64,000 nt of DNA from Massalongia carnosa. Lineage: Eukaryota. The notes under the pieces are model-generated. The model saw only the letters and a program-made list of their open reading frames with translations. It did no database searches and was not told where the DNA came from. Each line of letters begins with the position of its first letter. Positions within the stretch are counted from its first letter, which is position 1. The position numbers were made by a program, and so were the translations under genes. The stretch is from contig OZ287076.1 of the NCBI GenBank assembly GCA_965645245.1, positions 2,046,001-2,110,000 of the forward strand, written 5' to 3'. This document shows, piece by piece, positions 24,695-36,674 of this stretch.

Positions 24695-25037
24695 TATGAG
24701 AGCAAAGATTTTCGAAGTTCCTCCGGAACGGATAAACTGTCAAATCGTGTTAGCTTACTTGGGGGTGTTAACCTAGAGAAAATCAGCCTATTGAAATTTC
24801 TTCAAATGACAAAATAATGCTCACTTGTAGCTTAGTCCTTCTGTCGTCTTAAAAATCTCCCATCTACCGCATCAACCTCATCCATGACGAGAGCCTTGTA
24901 AACCAAAAACGCAAGAAACGCTCAGATTCCAAACAGGCACTCATACATTCTGAAAGTAGGATCGGCCGAACTCATGTACGAGACTATAATCAGATGAGAT
25001 TTCAAAGAAGCTCTTCATTTTGATAGGCGGAATGGTA

Positions 25038-26943
25038 ATCGTGCCACGCCTCACCCCCTAGCGGGGGTGCTGGCCACCCAAATGACGTACACCACCCATA
25101 TGACATTTTTTTCGATTTTTGACTTCAACTATTTCAACGATCACCATTCAACAACACAATGCCTACCAATTATGAAGAATTGGAGCATCATATTCAGGAT
25201 GCCCTGGATGCTATTGGCGATGGCGAATACCGCTTTGCAACCGATGCTGCCGTCGCATTCAACGTCAAAGTCAGAACTCTTCAGAGACGCATTGCTGGAA
25301 GCCATACTTCCTTCTTTGAACGTGAGCCTCATGGTCATGCTCTAACTGACGATCAAAGAGGTGCAATAGTCATATATTTGACAAGACTGGATAAACTATC
25401 GATTTCTGCGCGCATCAGGCATCTGCCGGGTGCAGCAAATTACCTTCTTGCTCAGGCGAATCCTGTCGATCCTTCCCGAGTCGGACAGCACTGGCCAGCA
25501 CGATTTCTAGTTCAGCACCCTCAATTTCATAGGAGGAAGCAGACACTCTTGCAGTCGAAAGGAAGACTTCCCTTACAAACGATGTTGCAAAGGCTTACTT
25601 CCATGAATTTCGTCAAATTTGTCACGAGAAGGGGATCGGACCCGAAGATATTTGGAACATGGACGAGTCAGGCTTTCGGATAGGCGTTGGCAGGGGTCAT
25701 ACTGTTATCACATTGCTTGCCAAAGGTCCTGTTCGTGTTACTGATCCGGGTGTACGTGATCTGATCAGTGACGTTGAAAGTATTAGTGGTGGAGGAGCGA
25801 CGATCCCTCCGATGCTCATCGTGCCCGGAGTTTATATTCTAAATAAATGGGTGCAAGAAAACGACCTCGACGACGATATACTGCTTGCTACTACTTCCTC
25901 TGGGTATTCCGATGATGTTAAGGTTTATGAGTGGATACAGCACTTTGAAAAACATAGTCGGAAGACTCAGGTAGGTGGCTGGAGACTCCTTATCGTGGAC
26001 AATTATGGATCTCATCTTACATACGAATTTATTGAGTACTGCAATCACAAGAATATCATCTTGTTCGGTCTTCCCCCGCATTCTACACATGTTACTCAGC
26101 CATTGGATGTGGGAATATTTCAGCCCATGAAGCACTATCATTCCGATGTAATTGACGATGCTGTTCGACTCGGGAGCGATAATTTCAACAAACAAGATAT
26201 TTTTGCCGCTTTCACAGACATGCGAGCAAAGGCCTTTACTAGATCAAATATTCTATCGGCCTTCGAACACACTGGTCTAATTCCTTACTCACCCAAGATA
26301 GTGCTAGATAAAATAAGTGGCTGGCAACCCCCTTCAAAGGAGCCAACTCCGGACCCTTTCGGCTCGTCACCATCCTTTCAAGGCACTCCACATGGTCCTA
26401 AGCAGTTGTTTAGACGCGGAAGGGAGTTATAAAGAGGTCTAGAAGACTTTTATCTGCCCGAGGATCGTCGTAAAAAGATGGATCAATATTTAAAGGGGTC
26501 GCTCGAAGCTGCGAATTCGCTAGCGTTGGCGGAGCGAGACATTGCAGCCACTCAAAATCATCACAAACAACGCTCAAAAAGAGACCACTAGATGGATCGC
26601 TTGCTCAAAAGGGCGGTGTTATAACTGTGGGCGACGCAAGAGGAAAAATTAAGGCCTGGAGGATAGAGAAAGTGGCTAAGCATAATAGAGCGAAGGAGCG
26701 GCAAGAGAGGATCGATGCAAATGCACGAAATAAGTGGAATAAACAGTGCGCCAAAGGCTTCAAATTGATAGGTAAGAAAGCTGATCAGTGGATCAACACC
26801 TGGATAGAGTTATTAGACATAGAATATGAGGATGGGGCTACCTTTGAGGAGGTAATAGAACTTTTTAATTAAAAACGTCATATGGGTGGTGTACGTCATT
26901 TGGGTGGCCAGCACCCCCGCTAGGCGGTGAGGCGTGGCACGAT
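25038..26943 (+). mobile_element. pogo/Fot1-like DNA transposon 2
   Basis: About 70-bp TIRs atcgtgccacgcctcacc...catatgac and TA TSD. Transposase 25159-26872 is disrupted (WNMDESGFRIG, LLIVDNYGSH, QPLDVGIF). Confidence 0.95.
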
Positions 26944-26992
26944 TAGCACTGGGCAATTGATATAACTAGTTCGACAAACGAGTTCTTGCACA

Positions 26993-27252
26993 TGTTAGAT
27001 TAGACAGCTATCCTATGTGCCGTGCCAGACGGCAACATAACGGCTTGGGAATAACGTCTCAAGTGATCCGCACACGGCTAGCTAATGAGGTGGTACGGCA
27101 GGGAGATTCAAGGCAAACTGCCCTGCCGCTGTGCCTGCTCTCTATCTTATTCATCTCTCATCTATCTAGCTATATAAACATAGTAGATAGCCACCTAGAT
27201 AGAATAATCAATCCTTCCCACACATACTATTATCTACCTATTTAACTCAACA
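26993..27252. repeat. Solo LTR (family B)
   Basis: 260 bp with TGTT...AACA ends, 5-bp TSD gcaca (26988-92 and 27253-57) and an internal TATATAAA. Confidence 0.85.
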
Positions 27253-27470
27253 GCACATGCAAAACAAACTGGGAGAAACGATTGACTTTCTACCACTACG
27301 TAGGGTAAAACTGCTCCTATTTATGCCCGTCCACCAGCGATCCAGAAGCCTCCATTTCCATTCTCATCGGTTCCCTCTTCAGATGCGATTTCTGACTCCA
27401 TACAAATTTGCCACCGCAGGCCTTTTCTTGCCGAGGTAAATGCAAATTGCATTGTCAGCTAGTTTCGGTA

Positions 27471-30004
27471 ATCGTCGGCTCGTTTAGCTCCGTTGGATCC
27501 GACTAAAAGGCGTTCGCCTTTTAGTCGGGGAAAGCGAAGCATCCCGGCAAGCGATGCATCCTGCCAAAATCAGAAAATTTTCAACTTATTCAACTTTTCT
27601 TAGCAACCACCTTGATTTATTGATTCTAAATTTCGAAAATTGATACGTATAGCCCTTGCAGCATTTATTCGGTAAAATAACTTCTCAATTACCTCATTTG
27701 CAGCACTGTATCGCCTCCGTCGCATTTTCAGTCTGCCAAACCAACCATGGATCGTTCCAACGCCGCCCCCCTCACCCCCCTCACCTCATTGGAAGAGGCG
27801 AAGCAATTTTTGGAGGAACATCCATCCGAAAGCAAGACCACGGCAGCGATAATTTTTGGCCTCAATGTCAAAACATTGACGGCCTCTATTCGACGGAATT
27901 ATAGAACGAAAAAGGGAGGACAAAATCGAATGATGAAGGATCATGAAATAAGAGCTCTTGATCAATTTATTCGATCTTTATTGGCACATGGAATTCCGCC
28001 TACACATCAGATTGTTTTCAATGCAATTGGAAGTCTGAAGAGAGCTCATGATCCTGCCTTCGTAGGTCCATCTCAAAGATGGTTTCGGAGTTGGTGGAAA
28101 AGTAGCGGTCTTCATAAAATAAAGACAAAACCATTGCCAATGACACGTTTTGAAGCAGCCCACGAATCAGGTTTGATGCAATGGTTTGAAAATTATAAGC
28201 TTGTTTTAGAAGAATTGGAAATTCGTCATCGACGAAATATTCTGAATTTCGATGAGGCGGGGTTTCGTATCGGCTGCATGAAGGGGCAGGAAGTTCTGCT
28301 TCCCCCAGATATCAGACAATTTTACGCTGTTAGCCCGGAAAACCGCAGATCTGCGACCATCATGGAGACAATAAATGCCGCCGGCGATTTCCCCCCCCCT
28401 CCCATGATTATCATACAAGGGCATGACATCATGGCTACCTGGTTTTCAGAAGATTTGCCGTAGGGCACACGTATCGTACCTTCGAACAGTGGTTTTACAT
28501 CTGATAAGTGATAAGATAGGGATTGAATATCTGCAGCATCTCATCAAGCACACAGATTGCGGACCTGATGCGGATTGGAAATTGCTGCTGATGGATAATC
28601 ATGGCAGTCATATAACTCCTGAATTTGTCAAATTGGCTAATGAGAACCGGATTCGTCCCTTTCCATTTATTCCGCATTTGACTCATTGCATGCAACCATT
28701 GGATGTAGGCGTATTTCAGCCTTATAAACATTGGCATGACAAAGCTATTTCGGAATTTGTTGCGAAGTCATTTATTGATTATTCTTTGACTCAATTTCTG
28801 CAAGATCTCGGCAAAATCAGAAATCAGACATTCAAGCCTTCTACAATTCGACATGCTTTTGAAAAGTGGGGAATGTGGCCTATTAATCCGAAGCAATGCG
28901 TCAAACTTTTGAAAGTTTTCAATCCTGACTCTGATCTAGTCGAGACTGATCCTAAGTTGCCACTGCTACCTCGTCGAACTCATCCTCAGGAAATAGCTGA
29001 TATGGAGTATGGTTTTCAGGAATGGGGTCCTAAAATTCAGAAATTCATGCAATGGAGCGATCCTGTCCGTGCTGAGGAATTTAATTCCTTCGTCACCAAC
29101 ACTAGCGAAGTCGTTTCGAAATCGATTCTCAAAGAGGCAGAACTGACAATGTGGCAAAAGACAAGAATGCAACAGTTGCATGGTCGGAAACTATCTCGCA
29201 AGCGATTGAAGCCCGAAACAGGAAAATTGGGACTTACAAAGGAAGATGCGGATGAAGCTATAGCCATAAAAACTCGACAGGAAGAGGAGGCTGAGAAGAA
29301 ACGGGCGGACAATAACTTCATGAGATTATGGCGAGGTGAAAGAGATGACATTCATGTCAAGGGGGTGCTGCTCGAAAGGCAGAAAGAGATCGCGTCAAAA
29401 GACTGAAAGAAATGCAGAAAGGATTCGGTGCCATTCCAGCTGAGATGTATGAGGGAATTCCTGACCCCGAGGCATTATGGAAGGCGACGAATCATGTGTG
29501 GATAGCTGAGGAGGCGAAAAAGGAAGCCAGGAAGAATCCACGTGCCAGTGCCAATGCCAACTATGAAGAAGACGTCACGTTTATTGTAGATGAGGCTGGG
29601 ACTAGAAATGAAGATATTCCGGACATTCCAGAAGAAGAAGAATGGCTGCGTGATGATTTCGTATCTTTCGATCTAGGTTTCGAACCGGGAGATGCTTGGG
29701 ATGGGGAAGATGCGGGGTATGCGGGGTATGCGGAAGATCAGAATGATCAGAATAGTCAGGAGGATCAAGGGGGTCAGGGGGGTCAGGGGGATGATTTTAA
29801 TCACGGCTTTGATGATGACGCTGCCTTTCGAGCTTTTCAAGAAATTTAGAATCAATAAATCAAGGTGGTTGCTGAGAAAAGTTGAAAAAGTTGAAAATTT
29901 TCTGATTTTGGCAGGATGCATCGCTTGCCGGGATGCTTCGCTTTCCCCGACTAAAAGGCGAACGCCCTTTAGTCGGATCCAACGGAGCTAATCGAGCCGA
30001 CGAT
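27471..30004 (+). mobile_element. pogo/Fot1-like DNA transposon 3 with long (about 164-bp) TIRs
   Basis: TIRs 27471-27634 and 29841-30004 with TA TSD. Transposase 27747-29849 has a stop and frameshifts (NFDEAGFRIG, LLMDNHGSH, QPLDVGVF). Confidence 0.95.
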
Positions 30005-30048
30005 TACCTGGCATCGGTTGCTCGTTTTAACACATTTCTTGCCAATAT

Positions 30049-30836
30049 GACACAGGTACAGGGTCTTGCCGCAGCACGCTCGAGGGTCACTCGGACTGGG
30101 TCGGCGCTGTAGCCTTCTCGCCGGACGGCCAGCTGATAGCGTCTGCCTCGCGCGACAACACGATCCGGCTCTGGGACGCAGGTAGAGGGTCTTGCCGCAA
30201 CACGCTCGAGGGTCACTCGTACTGGGTCAACGCTGTAGCCTTCTCGCCGGACGGCCAGCTGATAGCGTCTGCCTCGCGCGACAGCACGATCCGGCTCTGG
30301 GACGCAGGTACAGGGTCTTGCCGCAGCACGCTCGAGGGTCACTCGAGCTGGATCAGCGCTGTAGCCTTCTCACCGGACGGCCAGCTGATAGCGTCTGCCT
30401 CGGGCGACAGCACGATCCGGCTCTGGGACGCAGGTACAGGGTCTTGCCGCAGCACGCTCGAGGGTCACTCGGAGGGGGTCAACGCTGTAGCCTTCTCGCG
30501 AGACGGCCAGCTGATAGCGTCTGTCTCGGCCGACTACAAGATCCGGCTCTGGGACACAGGTACAGGGTCTTGCCGCAGCACGCTCGAGGGTCATTCGAAA
30601 TGTATCAACGCTGTAGCCTTCTCGCCGGACGGCCAGCTGATAGCGTCTGCCTCGGACGACAACACGATCCGGCTCTGGGACGCAGGTACAGGGTCTTGCC
30701 GCAGCACGCTCAAGGGTCACTCGAGGTGGATCAGCGCTGTAGCCTTCTCGCCGGACGGCCAGCTGATAGCGTCTGCCTCGTACGACAACACGATCCGGCT
30801 CTGGGAAGCAGGTACAGGGTCTTGCCGCAGCACGCT
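30049..30836 (+). repeat. 126-bp WD40 tandem array, about 6.25 units
   Basis: Exact 126-bp periodicity, about 67% GC, with variation concentrated at a few codons. Confidence 0.97.
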
Positions 30837-31164
30837 TTTGATTGATAAAATAATTAGCACTCTATTCTTTTCTCCAGATGGTTTACAACTAAAGACGGAT
30901 AGAGGGCATATCTTCATTCCTTTATCTCTCTATAGTGCTCCTTTCCGTCAGAAAAAAGAGCTATGTTCTGTCTTTGCTGAAGATCAATGGATAGCTTTTA
31001 AAGAACAACGTTTTCTTTGGCTTCCATCCGACTATCGACCGATATGTTCAGCTATTTACGGGAACTTTATCTGCTTGGGACATGCATCCGATCATCTTAC
31101 CTTTCTCGAGTTTAATTTTGAAAGTATACCTTCACATAAAGAACCTGCACAGAGCTTTATTTAA
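30049..31164 (+). pseudogene. 5'-truncated NWD/HNWD (HET-E-like) NLR gene: six WD40 repeats plus C-terminal tail
   Basis: The true frame, mostly missing from the ORF track, is open from 30049 to 31164: (TGSCRSTLEGHSxxVxAVAFSPDGQLIASASxDxTIRLWDAG)6, then ...LKTDRG...QWI...LWLPSDYRP...LGHAS. No start codon or NACHT domain is upstream. Confidence 0.88.
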
Positions 31165-31630
31165 CTTTAAATTTAGAGTTTGTTTTAAAGATCTCGTGAA
31201 CTCCTATGTTAGAACTAGTCCTAGCGATTAATAAGAATATCATTCAATAAATCATGTGTTAATATATCTTAGTGTTTCTTTATAAACTCTATTGTAGATA
31301 GAGGTTTGTGGGATCTTAGATATTTATATTGAAAGAGGCGTGCTTCTAGTCTCTTCTAGATGTTTCGTTATGGGGCTCTAAAACCTATACTTATAGCGGG
31401 TTCGGGATTCACATTTTCCGGAGAGACCTTGGCGGTGGTCAGGTGAAAGTCTCTCCTTTATATATAAAATTATGCAATCATATAAATGTTAAATATGTGA
31501 GTTTTTACAAGAATTTTTATCTTTAAGAATATTACAAATCTCATTTAAGTTGATGTGAATGAATTATTTAAAAAAAATAACTAATTAAACACATCAAAAA
31601 ATGTTGAATGTTCAACTTCTACCAACAAAA
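30837..31630 (+). repeat. Inverted segmental duplication arm (WD40 tail plus 3' flank), homologous to about 62538-63253
   Basis: The tail and about 430 bp of AT-rich 3' flank match the reverse complement of 62538-63253 at roughly 90% by eye, with one indel of about 70 bp at 31123-31196. Confidence 0.92.
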
Positions 31631-32127
31631 TGTCAGGCGATTAATGGTTTCATGACCCCCATGGGTCACATGACCCACGAACCCCTATTAGTTATATCCC
31701 TTAGTTACCTAGCCTAGAGCTCCCACATATCAATACACACCACTCCTTTTCACCCATATTCCACATTAGCCCATACAGCTTGATAGTTATGAGCCCGGTG
31801 AGCATAAAAGCTTTAAATTCCTACTCATTGATCTAGTTGAATAAAACCCCCTTCCCAAAACGATCGGACAAAACTATCAAAATGGAGGAGACCAACAAAG
31901 CAACGATGATCGCCCTAACTATTGGTGTCGAGACTTGATCACCTTGGTGCATGATACGAATATTTGCAAAGGATAGTTCATTTGTTTACTATCTGCAGAC
32001 ATTTTACCAAAACTCCAAAATGCACGCTAGGCCTAAACGGGCAGTCACCAACTGCCTGACACATTCTGGTTTGGCCTCCTAGCCCAAACACCAACACTCC
32101 CACTCAGGCATGGTGTCTGCCTGACGG

Positions 32128-32231
32128 TTGATGCTATTCATCTTCGTCGTTTCCAATTTGGTATCTCTGTCTTTTCAATTTGATGCTATTCATCTTCGTC
32201 GTTTCCAATTTGGTGTCTCTGTCTTTTCAAT
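32128..32231. repeat. About 52-bp tandem duplication in the Copia C 3' region
   Basis: ttgatgctattcatcttcgtcgtttccaatttggtRtctctgtcttttcaat occurs twice. Confidence 0.85.
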
Positions 32232-35200
32232 CTGATTACCTCATGCCCATCATGGTCCTGAAGACCTTGAACTTCTGTGGAGGTAAAGGTTTCGTCATTC
32301 CATAAGCTATCATCTCATTGGTTGAGATGACTATCTTTCTGCTCAGCACTACATCTCTTATCTAGTGATGCCGTACGTCGATGAGCTTTGTCCGCTTATG
32401 AAACTCTGGGTTAGCGGTAAGGTCAATCTCCCCCTTGTTTTCTGCTCGGAGGTCTGCTGGTTGGTCAGGTCGTCTGTGCCCGAGGGCCTCGAGGAAGCGA
32501 GAGCAACAGAAGGCCTCCTTCCCTGCTTCAGTGATCGCCATATACTCAGCTTCGCATGAAGACAGAGCGACGGTCGGTTGTTGTTTTGATTGGTGAGAAA
32601 TTGGACAACCCGAAAGCATCCAAACGTACCGACCGGTCGACTTTCTTCCATCTACGGTCCCCGCCCCATCAGAGTCAGTGTATCCGATTAGTTCATCCGG
32701 AGAGTCAGCCGAAAATTTCAGTCCTATGGTCAGTGTTCCTGCTATATAGCGGAAGATTTGTTTGATCAGTTGAATGTGGATGGGTCCGGGGTTGCTGCAC
32801 TAGCGGCTGAGGACTCCCACAGAATAAGAGATGTCTGGTTGAGTATGGGCTGCTGGCCACATCAGTGACCCGATTGCTGACTGATACCAGGAAATGGTGG
32901 CCCTGTCCGCCACCTGTCTTGATGGTAAAAGGGATCTTGCCACTCCCGGGTCCATTGGAATGCAGGATGGTTTACAGTCGGTCATTCCAAAACGTCCCAG
33001 GACCTTCTTCAAATAGGTCGTTTGTCGAATAGTTGTGGATTTTCCAACGTCCACATCCACATCCATTCCGAGGTAGTGGGAAACGTCGCCCAGGTCAGTC
33101 ATTTTGAATCGGTCAGAAAGCTGCTTTTGTATGAACTCGAGATGGGATATGTCAGCCCCAAAGAGTAGCAGATCATCCACATATATCGCTATGTATTGCT
33201 TTCTGTCATTTGAAACAAACACTCCATGATCAAGTTCCAGTCGATGAAATCCTAGCTTCTTTAGGAAATCAACAAGGGTCTGATACCACACCTGGGGGGA
33301 TTGTTTCAGTCCATAAAGTGCTTTGATAAGCTTACAGACCAGGTGCAGGTTGGTAATGAATAGATGAGGTTGTTCAACATAGATCAACTCGTTGAGGTAG
33401 CCATAAAGAAAGGCAGTCACAACATCCATATGACGTATAATAAACCATCGTTTGACCCCAACACCCATCATTGCTTTGTATGACATCGGTTTGACAACTG
33501 CAGCAAAGGTGTCGACGTAGTCCAAGCCTTCTTCTTGCTTATAGCCATGGACCACCCACCTTGCCTTATATTTCAGTATATTTCCGTGTCGGTCTTTCTT
33601 CAATTTAAACACCCACCTGCCGGTGATTACCCGACGGTCCTTTGGTGCTTCGGTCAGCTCCCACGTACCATTCTCGGTGTGAGATGCAATTTCAGTCTGC
33701 ATTGCTATCAACCATTTGGGCCAATCAGGTCTGGCCATAGCTTCTTTGAGCGAAAAGGGTTCATCTGGCCCTTCCGTGTTAATGTTATTGGCTAGCATTG
33801 TCAATGCTTTCATCATATGAATGTGGGATTTAGCCACGTTTGTATCAGTAAAATATGACCTTCCCCCTGAATGATTTGGGTCAAAAGCGTTGCCTTTATT
33901 ATCAACAATTTGTTTTCTTCAGTCCGTTTCGGTATTTTACCAAAACCATACATAATTTCATCAGGATAATTCGTACATTTGACGGGTGCTCGTTTGGATC
34001 TTCTAATGGAACATGGTCAGATGAGATGGTGGAAGAATTATGATCTTCCTGAGCGTCATGGTCGGTGTCAAGGGTCACTTCGCTGTGACTATCATAAAGA
34101 CTATCATAATTGTCTTTGGCATTCCTCCCCCTTCTGGCCGTGTTTGTTGGGAAGCTCCCACAGGATTTTGGTCTGAATGTCCTGTGTTTGAAGGACTATT
34201 TGGGGGTCTAGGAAGTTGAGATTTGTTGAATCAAGATTGGGTGTATGGATCGTCCTTCTCGTCGTCGTCATAGTCGTCTGGATTTCCAAATAGATCATCG
34301 TCCGTCTGGGTCCACTCGTCGTCAACAAGCTCATTCGGATTGAAGGCCTTTCGGTCAAAGAGGTTCTTTTCGTCAATAGTTACGTCTCTTGTAACATGAA
34401 CCTTTCCGGTGCAGGGGTCATATATCCTGTACTGATTTGTGCCTTCATAGCCCACATGGAGCCTTGCCAGGACCGTTCATCTAGCTTCCTTCTCTTTTCC
34501 TTGGGAATATGAACCCAAGCACGCGCACCCAACACCCTCAAATGACTGAGGTTGGGCTTTTTGTCATTGAGCTTCTGGTATGGTGTCACTCCGTCCGTGT
34601 TGGGACTTCTGTTTTTGAGATAACACACTGCTTTGATAATTTCAGGCCATAGGCCCTTCGGTAATTTCATTGCTGATAAGATGGACAGAACTGAGCTCAT
34701 AAGGGTATAATTCAGTCGTTCGGCCTTTCCATTTTGTTCAGGTATGTATGGGGCAATACATTTCCATTTGATGTGATGTTTCTTAAGATAGTCCTGAAAG
34801 TCTCCATTGTCATATTCACCTCCCCCATCCGTATGGAGTGCTCCCATCTGCATGCCAGTTTCCTGAGACGCCCATTCAATATATTCCTTTGCCTTCTCAA
34901 AGGCCTGACTCTTCAGTTTCATCGGATAAACATGGTACGTTCCAGTGGCATCATCTTTGAAAGATATGTAATACTGTAATCCGTTTCGAGAGGCCGGGTA
35001 TGGACCTCCCAAATCACTATGGACCTCTTCCAGAAATTTTGAAGCCCGAGGCATGGGAGTTCGTGACAGCTTTCGTTGCTGTCTACCCTTTATGCAGGGC
35101 CCACAAATTTCCTCCGGGGCAGGTCCTTTCACGTCAATTCCTTCAGCTATTTGTGGAAGTTTGAGGACGTTTCGATAACCAAGATGGCCCATTCTTCGGT

Positions 35201-36674
35201 GCCATATCTCGATGGTTGGTTTGATCGCATTCACGACTGGTTTAGTGTTTGCAAAATTCGTCTGGATCATCACCTCCGGGGTTTTTATCCGAAGAACATA
35301 TTGACGATCGATAATGTCAGCAAGTCCATGAATTTTGTTTTCATGAATTATTCGAGTAGCAACACCCGCCTGTCTCAAGAACACTTCCACTCCTTTAATA
35401 GCAAGGGGAATAGTGCTCAGTAAATTATGGCTGAGGTCCGGTGCCCAGCTGACATTCTTTACAGTGAAGATGTTTATGGATTTATCCCCCTGTATCATTT
35501 TTAGAACTACGTCTCCATACCCGAAGGCAGGAAGAACTTGTCCGGAGCCAGTTGAAACTCGTGATAGTACTCCGTGTAGATGGAAAAGAAGTCTCGGTTT
35601 GAGAAGAAATGGTCGGTGGCCCCAGAGTCTATGATTACTCTGGAGTTTACTGTTGGAAAAACTGTGGCTACTGACTTACACGTCATATGAATAGCTCCCA
35701 TTCCTTTCTTCTCTTCGATCTCATTGGTCGGTATGAACTTTCTGATAAAGCAAGATAGCCCTTTGGTGGTTACGTCGGGGGTGGTCGCCTCGCTTTCCTG
35801 GTTCGTCTTGTTCTTTTTACAGAACTTCTTGATGTGACCGTGTTTTCCACATCCGTTACATTCCACCTTTTCCATCCAGCAATCACCTTTTCTATGTGTT
35901 TTCTTACATCGGGTGCAGACATATGAGTCTTGCTGTCGGTAGAATTATTAGAGTTGGAGTTCTCCCCCGGTTTTTTCTTTTTATCGGAGTCCCCTCCTCC
36001 TTTCTTTTCTTTCTGCATGTAATTTGCGGTCGCTTTGTCCTGATTGGCTAGTCGTAACTCTTCATCCTCCAAGGCCTTTGCTGAGACCTCAAGAGTTGGA
36101 AGTTCTGCTTTCTCCCTCGACTCATGATTGAGGATGGCCAGGTAAGACTTAAACTGAGTGTCTAGCGAATTAAGGGTATGAATTGTAATTGCCTCATCCA
36201 TGGTGATTTTCAGGTCATTGATTTCTAATTTAATATCGCGAATTTTGCTGATAAATTCTGCACAATCTCTTTGATGGATGGAGTGTAATTTTCCAAGCGT
36301 GTTCCACTTGGAGGCCCAATTTTGTAGTGTATTGCGGATTTGTAAATGGTCCCACAGCTCTTTTGGAGTCCATTTTGCTAATTCATTCTTGGAGAGAAAT
36401 TCCTTTTGCACGGTCTCTGTGCACATTCTCCCAGTTTTCGCCACCGTTCGGCGGGAGTCGTCAGAAAAGTCTTTGATTTTGAGGGATCGCTGGTAGATTC
36501 TTTCCACCCTTTCCTCATCGAGATGCTTAGGCACAGTCCCCCCCCGACCGTCCCCCCCCCCTGGGCAAATCTTTACTAGTAAACAGCCATTTCACTGCTC
36601 ATCCAGGGTGCGTACAAGCTAGTAATGCAACTGCCAACAGCACATTAAACTCTTTTCGGTTTAAATCGTATGAC

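Larger units (their letters stand above)
25021..30032 (-). repeat. Solo LTR of the Copia A family, split by three insertions
   Basis: Pieces 25021-25037, 26946-26992, 27258-27470 and 30007-30032 reassemble into the reverse complement of LTR A. TSD cattt (25016-20 and 30033-37). Confidence 0.92.

Noticed and set aside
24697..25020. Possible intron-containing gene fragment on the minus strand
   Set aside because: Splice-like motifs (gtgagc, gtaagc, ctaac...cag) are present, but I found no recognisable protein and cannot assign it.
30049..30836. Diversity-generating retroelement (variable repeats near RT genes)
   Set aside because: Variation is not adenine-specific, there is no invariant template repeat, and all RTs in the window are ordinary Copia, Gypsy, LINE or DIRS types.
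30004..30845. ORF-track proteins MTLERAAARP... and MPQHARGS... (also 63245-63999)
   Set aside because: These are shadow frames of the GC-rich 126-bp repeat. The real frame encodes canonical GH...WD repeats and continues into the tail.
31600..31635. Hairpin gttgaa-tg-ttcaac at the end of the duplicated segment as a Helitron-like terminus carrying the NLR
   Set aside because: Homology stops because the Copia D LTR begins at 31631. There is no CTRR end and no Rep/helicase.
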